IMG/VR virus record: IMGVR_UViG_3300048576_000441
Coordinates: 1-37,537 of that record
Source: a virus
Taxonomy: Duplodnaviria > Caudoviricetes
DNA length: 37,537 nt
Direction: 5' to 3' (one strand)
The position numbers were made by a program, and so were the translations under genes. Each line of letters opens with the position of its first letter. The stretch's first letter is position 1. Below the pieces are notes generated by a model. That model did no database searches. It was not told where the DNA came from and saw only the letters and a list, made by a program, of their open reading frames with translations. Shown here in pieces: positions 9,070 to 17,709 of this stretch.

Positions 9070-10545
9070 CTAGCGGTTGACGTTGACCGTGATGTCCACG
9101 GAGTGGATGGCCCCGGCCAGCTTGATGGCCACCTGGATGGGCGGGGCCTTGCGCGCCTCGCGATCGGCCTGGGCCTGGTCCACGATGGGTTGCGAGTAGA
9201 GGTAGTAGCCCTTGGGCAGGTAGTCGCCCTGCTGCAGGGTGCCGAAGCCGTCGCTGAACCAGGTGCCGGGCGCGATGAGGCCGTTGGCCACGCCCTGCTT
9301 CATGGCCTGGGTGATGCCGCCCATGATTTGCGTCACGCCGGCTTCGGTCTGCGGGATCTTGGTCTGGCTCTGATAGAGCACGTTGTAGCAGTTGGTCTGG
9401 ATGGCGTTCTGCAGCCAGTCGGTGCCGTGGACCTCGTCGAAGTAGGCCCCGCTGGCCACCACGCCCTGCTCGATGATGGTCGTGTCGTTGTCGTAGGTCA
9501 CAAAGACGTTGCAGTTTTTGGCCTCCAGCGCGTTGGCCTGGCTCTCGCCCAGGGCCTCCGCCGTGACCCCCGGCTCCTGCTTGAACTTGAGCGTGATGGT
9601 GGTCTTGTTGCCGTTGTAGTCCACGGAGAAGGCGCGGCCGAGAAGCGAGGCCACGGCGTAGGGGCTGGAGGAGCTGTACTGCGTGACGCTGCGCGTGTAG
9701 CTCTTGGCCTTGAGCTTGGAGGGCAGGTCGTCGGTGTAGCTGGAGGACAGCACGCGCACGTCCTGCGTGGTGAAGCCCGCCACGCGGCTCCGGCTCGTGG
9801 CCTCGATGAAGGCGGCCACATCCTCAGCCTGGCTGTCGGTGGGCATGGTGGAGGCGGCGAAGGTCAGACCGTACCACTCGGCCGATTTGTCGGCCAAAAC
9901 GGCGGCGCAGGCGGCCGGGGTTTCGGCGTCCATGCCTGCGGCGGGCGCCTCGGCCAGGGCCTGCGTCAGCCCGGCCATGGCGCTGATGTCGGCGCCGCTG
10001 GTCGGAGCCTGCGCATAGCCCAGAGTGGCGGCGGCTCCGGTGGCCGTGCTCTTGATCACGAAGCGGGTGCCGTCCCAGGTGCAGCCCGCGCCATTGGTCG
10101 CCAGCTTGGCGTCGATGACCGCGGCCACGCCGGTCATGGCCGTGACCGAGCTGAAATCCATGCTGCTGATGCTCTTGGTCACGCCGCCCACATCGAGCTT
10201 CATGGCCCCGGTGGTGACGGCCTGCCAGGCGGCGAGGTCATCCTCGGCCGTGCCGCCATGCAGGATGGCCGGAGCGGCCGTGCGGATCCAGCGGGCGATC
10301 ATGACCACCTTCGGCCGGGGCGACTGCCCGAAATAGAGATCGGCCGCCAGGTACTCGGGGGCGACCAGGCCGAACTCCGCCGCGACGGCGTCCAGGCCGG
10401 TGTAGGACCGGATGCGCTCCACGCCGTCGATGACGTCGCTGTCGCCGGCGATGCAGAGGATGCCGAACGACCTCCGGCCGGCGGCCTTGGGCGAAAGGTT
10501 GACGGTGACATTGACCGCCCGCGAAACGGAAAGAGCCTTTGCCAT
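9070..10545 (-). CDS. Contractile tail sheath protein (DUF3383-like)
   Basis: Motifs PEYLAADLYFGQSPRP, TLKFKQEPG, DEVHGTDWL and C-terminal AGAIHSVDITVNVNR. Confidence 0.9.
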   Translation of the reverse strand: MAKALSVSRAVNVTVNLSPKAAGRRSFGILCIAGDSDVIDGVERIRSYTGLDAVAAEFGLVAPEYLAADLYFGQSPRPKVVMIARWIRTAAPAILHGGTAEDDLAAWQAVTTGAMKLDVGGVTKSISSMDFSSVTAMTGVAAVIDAKLATNGAGCTWDGTRFVIKSTATGAAATLGYAQAPTSGADISAMAGLTQALAEAPAAGMDAETPAACAAVLADKSAEWYGLTFAASTMPTDSQAEDVAAFIEATSRSRVAGFTTQDVRVLSSSYTDDLPSKLKAKSYTRSVTQYSSSSPYAVASLLGRAFSVDYNGNKTTITLKFKQEPGVTAEALGESQANALEAKNCNVFVTYDNDTTIIEQGVVASGAYFDEVHGTDWLQNAIQTNCYNVLYQSQTKIPQTEAGVTQIMGGITQAMKQGVANGLIAPGTWFSDGFGTLQQGDYLPKGYYLYSQPIVDQAQADREARKAPPIQVAIKLAGAIHSVDITVNVNR

Positions 10546-10557
10546 GTTGGTCCCCTC

Positions 10558-11139
10558 CTACGTCATGGGGGTGGTTTGGACGATGAGGCCGGTGTCGGTC
10601 TCGATCGTGACGGATCCGCACTTGATGTTCCGCACGGCGTAGACGCGCCGCGCCTCGTTCCGCAGTTCGATGGGCAGGTCGACGCGCTTGACCCAGTAGC
10701 CGTTGACCAGTTCGGCCAGGCGCACCCGCCGGCCGATGCCGCCGAGAGCCAGCCCGGCCTGGCGCAGGGGCGCCCGATTTTGTTCGACCATGAGCCCGGC
10801 GCGCAGCCGTTTGGCCAGGTCGCCGGAGTTGGGACCGTAGAAGCTGGCCAGCACGTTCAACGTCTCCCAGGTGACGACCGTGTCCGCGCCGTCGCCATCG
10901 CCGCTATGGGTCACGGCCGGCCAGGAGTCGTCGTCTTCGTCCGGGACGCCCACCGCGCACCAGTCCACGGTGTGCTCCGGCTGCTTCGGCGGCTTGGGCT
11001 GCCAGCGCGGCCGGACCATCTTGCCCGGCAGGCCGGTGATGCCCGCCACCATGGCCGTGAGCACGTCCTCGAGCTGCTCCTCGGTGAGCGGCGCGGACGT
11101 GGGGGCCAGGTAGCCGGCGTGCGTGCTGTCGGTGGTCAT
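10558..11139 (-). CDS. Neck / tail terminator protein
   Basis: ATG 11139 (MTTDSTHAGYLAP...GITGLPGKMVRPRWQPKPP...DWCAVGV). Immediately upstream of the sheath. Confidence 0.75.
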   Translation of the reverse strand: MTTDSTHAGYLAPTSAPLTEEQLEDVLTAMVAGITGLPGKMVRPRWQPKPPKQPEHTVDWCAVGVPDEDDDSWPAVTHSGDGDGADTVVTWETLNVLASFYGPNSGDLAKRLRAGLMVEQNRAPLRQAGLALGGIGRRVRLAELVNGYWVKRVDLPIELRNEARRVYAVRNIKCGSVTIETDTGLIVQTTPMT

Positions 11140-11363
11140 TGCCCTGCCCTCGGGTAGGTGCAGCCCGGCCAGTCCTCGGTCTCGTCGGCGAGGCGCTTGT
11201 TCAGCTCGAACGGGCCGTAGAAATGCAGGGGCTCGGTGCACGCCGCGTCGGCCGCTTCCGGCGTGTCGAACACGCCGAGCACTTCCCACGGGCCGTTCTG
11301 GCGCCAGACGCCGGCGACGTAGACGGTCTTGACCACTTCGGCGGGAGCTTCGCTTTTGCTCAT
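11136..11363 (-). CDS. Hypothetical 75-aa protein within the neck gene cluster
   Basis: ATG 11363 with AAGGA RBS and ATGA overlaps on both sides; fills the gap exactly. Confidence 0.65.
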   Translation of the reverse strand: MSKSEAPAEVVKTVYVAGVWRQNGPWEVLGVFDTPEAADAACTEPLHFYGPFELNKRLADETEDWPGCTYPRAGQ

Positions 11364-11731
11364 ACTGCAACGTCCTTTCCCTGCATGGTGTCGCTCTGTG
11401 CGAGCACTTCGAAGAATCCGTAGTCCGACCAGTCCCACACGCCCTTGACCTGGTAGGTGCCGCCCTTCCAGGCCAGCACGTCCGGGCCGTGCGTGTCGTC
11501 GCCGGCGGTGAGCCGGGTGCCCGTGTAGACCGCGATGGTCTCGTTGGAGCGGTCGCCCTCGGGCAGACGCTGGAGCTGCTCGTCCGTGGCCGGGGCGACG
11601 ACGCCGGCGACGCTCAAAGCCGCGACGGTCTCGGTCGCGCGGCCGGTATCGCCCACGCCGACCACGGCGCGGCTGACGGTGAGCGTCTGCATCAGGTCGG
11701 GATCCCGGAGCACGTCGGACACGTCGAGCAT
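11360..11731 (-). CDS. Head closure / head-tail joining protein
   Basis: Motif LQRLPEGDR...D.L.WKG..YQV; position in the neck cluster. Confidence 0.75.
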   Translation of the reverse strand: MLDVSDVLRDPDLMQTLTVSRAVVGVGDTGRATETVAALSVAGVVAPATDEQLQRLPEGDRSNETIAVYTGTRLTAGDDTHGPDVLAWKGGTYQVKGVWDWSDYGFFEVLAQSDTMQGKDVAV

Positions 11732-12288
11732 CAGCTTGACCTCTTGCGCACCACGTAGGTGACGGCCTTGCGCAGCTGGCCGGACAGGATGAGCGGGTTG
11801 ATGGCTCCGCTCTCGCGCCGAGTCTTGCCGCGTTTCAGGATCTTGCCGTTTTCGCCGCGGACGACGCCATGCCGCTTGTTGAGCGTGGACTCGGCCAGCG
11901 GGGCCAGGTCGCCGTCCACGAACTGCGCGCGCACGCTGTTCTGGGCGATGATGCCGGCCTTCTCCAGGCAGCCGCCCACGCCGCCGACGTTGCCGGACAG
12001 CGCCGCCTCGCCCGCGGCGCGCAGCTGCTCCACGATGGGGCCGCTGGCCTTGCGGATTCCCGGCCGCAGGAACGGTCGCGCCGGGATGTTGTGCGCCGGG
12101 CTGCCGTTCTCGTGGATGAAACCGAGCTGGGCATTGGTGACGGATCCCTCTTCGCCCAGCTCGGGCGCGGCCTGGCGCTGGGCCTTATCCGCCGGGATGC
12201 CCACGAGCACCTCCTGCGAGGTGAGCGCCTTGAGCGCGGCCTCCAGCTGGCGGCTCTTGTCCACCTTCAGCTCCACGCCGGACTTCAT
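11731..12288 (-). CDS. Neck / tail completion protein (HK97 gp10-like)
   Basis: ATG 12288. Motifs VLVGIP, IHENGSPAHNIPARPFLRPG and PLILSGQLR. Confidence 0.78.
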   Translation of the reverse strand: MKSGVELKVDKSRQLEAALKALTSQEVLVGIPADKAQRQAAPELGEEGSVTNAQLGFIHENGSPAHNIPARPFLRPGIRKASGPIVEQLRAAGEAALSGNVGGVGGCLEKAGIIAQNSVRAQFVDGDLAPLAESTLNKRHGVVRGENGKILKRGKTRRESGAINPLILSGQLRKAVTYVVRKRSS

Positions 12289-12677
12289 ACGCACACCCCG
12301 CCGACGCCCACGAGCTGCATCAGGTCGAACAGCTGCTGGCCGTAGATGGTGGCGTTCCACTGCCGGCCGTTGGGGTCGGCCGTGGTGGCCTGGCTGTAAC
12401 TCTTGGACTTGCTGACGGGGCCCACGGTCTTGCTTTCGGCCGTCACCGGCCCGGCCGCGGCGCTCATGCCGCCGGTTCCGCTGGCGTCCAGGCCGGCGGC
12501 GCGCTCCAGCGTCAGGTTGTGCGCCGCAAACAAGCAGACGGCCTGATCGTACAGGGCGGCGAAGCGATCGGCCGAAAGGCGCTTGGCCCCGAGCGCGAGC
12601 CAGAAGGTCACGCGCGCGTCGGGGAAAAGCGCCTCGGTGAAGGCCGGGAAGGCCGAGCGGAAACCGGCGGCGTCCAT
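12285..12677 (-). CDS. Head-tail adaptor (DUF4054-like)
   Basis: ATG 12677. Motifs FRSAFPAF, LFAAHNL and WNATIYGQQ. Confidence 0.82.
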   Translation of the reverse strand: MDAAGFRSAFPAFTEALFPDARVTFWLALGAKRLSADRFAALYDQAVCLFAAHNLTLERAAGLDASGTGGMSAAAGPVTAESKTVGPVSKSKSYSQATTADPNGRQWNATIYGQQLFDLMQLVGVGGVCV

Positions 12678-12678
12678 G

Positions 12679-12930
12679 CTACTTACCCTTGCCCTTGGTC
12701 TTGTCCTTGGCATCCGCCGCGGGCGTATCCTTCACGGTCTCGGCTTCGTCAGCCGTGGCCTCCACGTCGGGCAGCAGCTCGGCGCGGCCATCGGCGATGC
12801 AGGCCTGGACAAACCAGTCCTCAAGCTCCGCCTGGGTCAGCGTGTGCTCGCCAACGGCGAAGTCCCTTTTCCCCGCACTCGTGCGGTCGAACCGCGCCTT
12901 AAAGGGCTTGGTGACCAGGATCCTCGGCAT
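12679..12930 (-). CDS. Small phage protein downstream of the capsid gene (STY1053-like)
   Basis: 83 aa with AAGGAG RBS. Pattern VTKPF...FAVGEH...WFVQA and a low-complexity tail. Confidence 0.65.
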   Translation of the reverse strand: MPRILVTKPFKARFDRTSAGKRDFAVGEHTLTQAELEDWFVQACIADGRAELLPDVEATADEAETVKDTPAADAKDKTKGKGK

Positions 12931-12946
12931 GTCATTCTCCTTGAAA

Positions 12947-12968
12947 GGCGGCCCCCGCAGGGGCCGCC
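12947..12968 (-). terminator. GC-rich hairpin after the major capsid gene (weak terminator or mRNA stabiliser)
   Basis: GGCGGCCCC-CGCA-GGGGCCGCC, a perfect 9-bp stem, followed on the minus strand by only TTT. Confidence 0.55.
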
Positions 12969-12987
12969 GGTTGGTTGTCGCTTGTGG

Positions 12988-13935
12988 CTAGAGGCCGTCG
13001 GCGTAGCCCACGGTCTCGGGGTAGACGAACTCCACCTCGCCCAGGCTGCCGTAGTACACGCACAGCTGGCTGATGCCGCGGTACTCCAGCGGGGTGCGCT
13101 GCAGCGGGACCATCGGGTAGCGCACGTACTGCTTATCCTTGGTGTACGCCGCCATGCGGTCCTTGCCGTTCGTGCCGCGGCCGGTCAGCCACTTGAGCGG
13201 CTGGATGTCCAGAGGTCGGCCATTGATGCGGTTGGAGAGGGAGGACTCGGCCACATACTCCAGGATGGACTTGCTGCCGGCGGTGGTAACGGGCTTGGTC
13301 AGCAGCGCGAACTTGGCCGGAGGCAGCCGCAGGTGCGTGGGGCAGGCCGCGTAGGCGGCGTTCTTCCAGGTGTCCTCAAGCAGGCCATTGATGTCATCGA
13401 GGATCATGGCCGGCGTGGTGGCCGTGTCGTCCCACTCCGAGCTGATGGGCAGGGGCGTGATGGCGGCATTGTTGACCAGGCCGGTGGCGCCCATGTCCGT
13501 GTCGCCGACGTACACCTGCTCGTCGATGTCCATGTTGTGCTTGATGCGGATGGCCTCCAGCTTCTGGGCGTCGATGGGCCTGCCCACCTGCTGCGCCTTG
13601 CTCAGCTCGATAATGGTGTAGCCCAGCTCCATGCCCCAGAGGCGCATGGGCAGCACGGTCTTGTTGATGCCGAGGGCGGGACCGGCGATGACATTGGCCT
13701 TCGGTCCGATCCAGTTCTTGCCGGTGGACTTCGCGCCGCCGGCCGCGGCCAGGAGCGTGTTGGTGAACGAGGACGATTCGTCGCTGATGCTCACGTCCTC
13801 ACGCAGCTCGATGTCGCGGTTCCAGGTGACCGAAAAGAGCGGCATGTGCAGAGTGGGATCAAGCCTTTCCAGCTCCCCCACCAGGAACGCGCCGGTGCTC
13901 GAAATCGTTTCGGCGTCGTAGGTTCTGAAAGCCAT
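12988..13935 (-). CDS. Major capsid protein (DUF2184-like, HK97 fold)
   Basis: N-terminal GAFLVGELERLDP and C-terminal GEVEFVYPETVGYADGL; AGGAG RBS. Confidence 0.9.
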   Translation of the reverse strand: MAFRTYDAETISSTGAFLVGELERLDPTLHMPLFSVTWNRDIELREDVSISDESSSFTNTLLAAAGGAKSTGKNWIGPKANVIAGPALGINKTVLPMRLWGMELGYTIIELSKAQQVGRPIDAQKLEAIRIKHNMDIDEQVYVGDTDMGATGLVNNAAITPLPISSEWDDTATTPAMILDDINGLLEDTWKNAAYAACPTHLRLPPAKFALLTKPVTTAGSKSILEYVAESSLSNRINGRPLDIQPLKWLTGRGTNGKDRMAAYTKDKQYVRYPMVPLQRTPLEYRGISQLCVYYGSLGEVEFVYPETVGYADGL

Positions 13936-13945
13936 GTCGGTGCTC

Positions 13946-14686
13946 CTAGATGTTGTAGGCCAGCTCGACGTTGCCGTCGGAGTCGGCCGGGCCGGTGAAG
14001 GTGGCGGGCAGTGCGACGTTGCCGTCGGCGGCCTTGGTCACGGTGACGGTGAAGCTGTCGCCGGCGACCATGGGGGTGCCGCCGGCGGTGATGGTGAAGG
14101 TGACGCCGCCGGCGCTGAAGGCCGTGCCGGCCGCGCCGGTGCCCATGACCAGGCCATCCGGATCCTTCACGCTGAAAGCCGTGGCGGCGGTCATGATGAC
14201 GCTGTGCGCGCCGAGCTTGGCCTTGCTGGTGACGGCGAGGGTGCCGATGGTGCCGTTGCCGGCATTGCCCGCGGTCGCGGCCCCGGCGATGGACAGCGCG
14301 CCCACGTCGGCGGCGGCCTCCAGGTCGCCCACGGCCTTGCCGGTGGCGGCGGTGATGCGCAGGTAGGCCGGCGCGCCCTTGGCCGCGGCGCCACGAGCCA
14401 GCACGGCGGAGATGTAGCCGCGGCGCAGCACGTCGCAGGCGGAGCCGCTGGGCAGCTTGCCGGCGGCGGTCAGCCCAGTGGGGCCGCCCTGGGTCGGGTA
14501 GGACCGCACCAGGAAACCGTAGAGGGTCCCGCCGGCGTAGGGGATGATCTTGCCGGCGGACATTTCCACGGCCGCGCCGAACGCACAGTCCGCGCCCAGA
14601 ATGTTGGGTTCGATGGTGCCGTCGGCCTTGCGGGTCACGTCGCCGGCGAATCCGGCCGGCATGCGGTACAGGATGGCGTTGCTCAT
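13946..14686 (-). CDS. Capsid cement / decoration protein with an inserted domain
   Basis: Between protease and capsid genes. Sequence YRMPAGFAGD...GFLVRSYP...DVLRRGY...ADSDGNVELAYNI. Confidence 0.78.
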   Translation of the reverse strand: MSNAILYRMPAGFAGDVTRKADGTIEPNILGADCAFGAAVEMSAGKIIPYAGGTLYGFLVRSYPTQGGPTGLTAAGKLPSGSACDVLRRGYISAVLARGAAAKGAPAYLRITAATGKAVGDLEAAADVGALSIAGAATAGNAGNGTIGTLAVTSKAKLGAHSVIMTAATAFSVKDPDGLVMGTGAAGTAFSAGGVTFTITAGGTPMVAGDSFTVTVTKAADGNVALPATFTGPADSDGNVELAYNI

Positions 14687-15976
14687 CTACTTGCCCCCTC
14701 TCTTGGCGTAGGCCTCGGCGTTGGCCTTGTTGATGTCCGCCGGCGTCACGGTCGCGCCGAAGTCCTTGACCGTGGCCTTGCGCAGGCCGTCGGCGGTACT
14801 CTTGTCGTTGCGGATCTTGGCCACCTCGGACGCCGCGATGAACGCCGCGTCCAGGGTGACGCAGTCGCAAGAGTCCAGGGTGGAGCCGCGCAGCGTGGCC
14901 TTAACCACGCCGGTCATGGCCTTGTCGCCCATGGCCTGGCGCAGGGCGGCGCGCTGCACGGCGCAACGCCTGTCGCCGTCCATGACGCGCAGCTTCGGGT
15001 GCAGCAGCTTGGCGCGGTCGCGCGTGTCCGTGTCCACGGTGCGCGCCGCGTCACGGGCTTTGGCCCTGGCCGCGCGGTCGCCGATCTTGGCCGGCTTTTC
15101 CTCTTCCCCGTCCGTGGCGGTCTCGGGCTCATCGTCCCCGCCGGGTCCGGCCTCAACCTCCTCATCGTCGGCTGCGGCCTGTTCGGTCTCCTCGGACTTG
15201 GCGAGCTGCCGGAGGCTGATCTTGATCTCCTCCATGCCGGCCTCCAGCGCGGCCAGGCGCTCCTCGGTGGCGTCGTCGGCCGCGGCGGCCTCGCCGCCCT
15301 CGGGCTTCTTTTCCGACTTCTTCTCCGGCTTTTCCTCGCCGGACTCGGCCAAGGCCTCGTCCAGGGCGCGGCGCGTCTTCGGGGAGCCAAGCGCGGCCAC
15401 AAGCCGGTCCAGGATGCTCTTCTTCTTGGGAGTGCTCATGTCGTCTCCGTTGTTGTCGGTGATCATGCAACGCGGGCCACAGCGGCCCCTCCGCACCAGC
15501 GCAATGTGATTGCCGCGGATGTTCCGCTGCATCCACACCCCGTCTGCCCCCCGCTCATAGTCCGCGTCATACCCGCACGAGATCTCGCGCAGGCCCCCGC
15601 GGACAAGGCCGATGGCCTCCTGATCGGTGATGAGCAGATCGGCGAGCAGCAGATCGGACTGGACTCCCGCCCCGCGCCGGACGTTCTGGGCATGGCCGAC
15701 GGCCAGCTCACGCCAGGTCACGGGGGTCACGTCCTCGTCCGGATGGTCCACGGTCGCGGGCTTGCCCTCGAACGACGCAATGGTCAGCTCGGCAAACACC
15801 TCTTCCTCGGGCCGCTCGATGATCACCGGGCCGTCGCCGTCGACCTCGAAGGGCACCTCGTCCGGGGCGTACTTTTGTGCGCCGGTGCGGGCGATGGGCA
15901 CGTCAAGGCACAGCAAATAGCCCTCGGGCGTTTCCGCCATATGCTCGGAGAGTCGGGATGCGATCTGGTAGCGCAT
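14687..15976 (-). CDS. Prohead protease-scaffold fusion (DUF2213-like)
   Basis: Motifs TPEGYLLCLDVPIARTG, SFEGKPATVDHP, EISCGYDADY and NHIALVRRGRCG, followed by an acidic scaffold-like tail. Confidence 0.9.
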   Translation of the reverse strand: MRYQIASRLSEHMAETPEGYLLCLDVPIARTGAQKYAPDEVPFEVDGDGPVIIERPEEEVFAELTIASFEGKPATVDHPDEDVTPVTWRELAVGHAQNVRRGAGVQSDLLLADLLITDQEAIGLVRGGLREISCGYDADYERGADGVWMQRNIRGNHIALVRRGRCGPRCMITDNNGDDMSTPKKKSILDRLVAALGSPKTRRALDEALAESGEEKPEKKSEKKPEGGEAAAADDATEERLAALEAGMEEIKISLRQLAKSEETEQAAADDEEVEAGPGGDDEPETATDGEEEKPAKIGDRAARAKARDAARTVDTDTRDRAKLLHPKLRVMDGDRRCAVQRAALRQAMGDKAMTGVVKATLRGSTLDSCDCVTLDAAFIAASEVAKIRNDKSTADGLRKATVKDFGATVTPADINKANAEAYAKRGGK

Positions 15977-15983
15977 GGCCCCT

Positions 15984-16030
15984 GTCGTACAGGGACCGGG
16001 GGGATGGGTCTTTTAGCGTGGGCTAAAAAT
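15984..16030 (-). promoter_or_regulatory. Putative Mor/C-activated late promoter for the head genes (analogous to Mu PI)
   Basis: Minus strand reads TTTTAGCCCACGCTAAAAGAC-18 nt-TACGAC. Near-identical dyad and spacing at 23919-23965. Confidence 0.7.
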
Positions 16031-16186
16031 GCGTGCCGTCCGGCGGGTTGGTTTCGCCGGCGCGGATGGCGTGGAGAGGGAGGAGGGAGAGGACGCTGGA
16101 GGGCGTTTAAAAACGTTCAAAAACGCCTTTTGCCGCACCGGGGTGGGGCCCAGGCTGCAGCACCCGTTGCCGGGCATCTGGCGCGT

Positions 16187-16444
16187 CTAGGAGACAGATC
16201 CGATCGCGGAAGCGACCTGGCGCAGGTCGAAGTAGCCCAGCTCGAACTTGCCGTAGTCGAGCACCTCGCCGGACGGGCCGAAAGCGGGCTCGCGCAGGGT
16301 GAACTCCACGGCGAGTCCCTTGCCGCCGCCATGCACGTCCACCACCCGGCCAACCGTGCCGGCCGGGAGCCATTCGCCGGGCGTGTCGCCGTAGCTGTAG
16401 GCGGCCAGCAGCCGGACGCTCTCTCCCTCGTGTATCGCGCTCAT
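16187..16444 (-). CDS. Putative immunity protein (DUF4926-like, SH3-like)
   Basis: 85 aa, ATGA-coupled to the MuF stop. Motif V.LL.......LPAGTVGRVVDVHGGG...VEF resembles DUF4926. Confidence 0.7.
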   Translation of the reverse strand: MSAIHEGESVRLLAAYSYGDTPGEWLPAGTVGRVVDVHGGGKGLAVEFTLREPAFGPSGEVLDYGKFELGYFDLRQVASAIGSVS

Positions 16445-17709
16445 ATGTCCACCCAGGCGGAGACGAGCCGCGGTCGCGTGCTTCTGACTCCGTTGTCCGT
16501 GTCATATATCCAGTTGGACTTCACTGGCAAGACCTGGCCGTTGAGTCCCTTGACGGGCATGACCACGCTGAACGTCTCGCCATGCTCGTTGGCCGGAACT
16601 TTCGTATGCCGCGCCGCCGGAGTTGTCGGCAGCTGATCAAGGAGCTGCCGCGCCAGATAGTCCGCGTCGGGGCCTTTGATGCCGAGCGCCGAATTCATGA
16701 CCCGCGCCTTGGGCCCACCCTTTTCATGAGCCGGGTTGAGCACGTAGGTCTCCAGCTTGCCCTTCGGGATCCAGGCGCGATCCGCATTGGGCAGCGGCTC
16801 CCGCACCAGATGCGGCACAACCTGATTGCCGGCCTGCCGTTCCCACTGGCTGCGCAGCTTGTGCTCGCCGCCGGCCTCCTCCTCCTTGCGCGTGGGCATG
16901 GGGCTGGCCACGGCCTCGCCGTCGGGCGCGGAGATCACAGGCTCGCAGTAGCAGCGGCAGTTGGGAAACTCGCCGGCGTGGCCGGTCATGCCGTCCAGAG
17001 TCGGCGGGTCGTCCCATCTGACAAACTTGCCCTCCATGGCCGCGTGGCTGGGCCTGGTATTGCCGTCGCGCGCGGTGCGCCAGATGTAGCCCTCGCTGCC
17101 CACGGCCTGTGCCCGCGCCTGCGTCAGCGCCGTGCCGGCCTTGCTCACCTCGGTGGCCGCAATGGTCTTGGCCCGGCTGGCGGTCACGCCGCCCTGCTCC
17201 TGAATTTTCGCGGCCAAGGTTTCGGCCCGCATGCCGCTGCTCAGCGCCTGCTCGGACAGCTCGCCCACGCGGGCGGCGGCGTCTGCCGGCAGGGACTTGA
17301 TGAGCGTGACGTTGGCCTCAATGCGCGCCTGCATGGCTTCGGTCACGTCAGCGTCGAGCATGCCGCGCAGGTCGATGCCCCAGCTCTCGGCCGCCTCGCG
17401 CCAGGAAACGTCGTTCTTGATAGCCACGCGGCGGACCATGTTCGCGGCGGCTTGGCGCGCCCAGGGATCCAGGGCCTCGGCATACGCCTGGAGCTGGCGC
17501 TGCGCGTGCTCCGGGGTCTTGGCGCGGGCCAGCGCCGTGGACACTTTACGGGCCACGTCCGCGAGCTGCTCAGCATACATCCGTTCGGCCGCGCGGCTGG
17601 GGCGAAAGCGCTGCCGCTGCTGTTTGACTGCGCTCACGTCCGCCCAGGCCCAGGGCCGCCGCCAGGGTTTGGCCGTCGGCTTCGGCTGCGGTGCCGGCTG
17701 CTCGTTCAC
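16441..17709 (-). CDS. MuF/SPP1 gp7-type head morphogenesis protein with a C-terminal toxin-like (DUF6883-like) domain
   Basis: GTG 17709 overlaps the portal TGA. MuF motif YIWRTARDGNTRPSH...GHAGEFPNCRC, then about 117 extra residues starting LPNADRAWIPKGKLETYVLNPAH. Confidence 0.85.
   Translation of the reverse strand: MNEQPAPQPKPTAKPWRRPWAWADVSAVKQQRQRFRPSRAAERMYAEQLADVARKVSTALARAKTPEHAQRQLQAYAEALDPWARQAAANMVRRVAIKNDVSWREAAESWGIDLRGMLDADVTEAMQARIEANVTLIKSLPADAAARVGELSEQALSSGMRAETLAAKIQEQGGVTASRAKTIAATEVSKAGTALTQARAQAVGSEGYIWRTARDGNTRPSHAAMEGKFVRWDDPPTLDGMTGHAGEFPNCRCYCEPVISAPDGEAVASPMPTRKEEEAGGEHKLRSQWERQAGNQVVPHLVREPLPNADRAWIPKGKLETYVLNPAHEKGGPKARVMNSALGIKGPDADYLARQLLDQLPTTPAARHTKVPANEHGETFSVVMPVKGLNGQVLPVKSNWIYDTDNGVRSTRPRLVSAWVDI

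Noticed and set aside
8518-11157. 879-aa plus-strand ORF (also 13934-16636, 19342-20769, 12583-13998 and 27865-29616 on the strand opposite real genes)
   Set aside because: Antisense shadows of well-supported genes. High-GC codon bias removes stops in the mirror frame, and the translations have no motifs.
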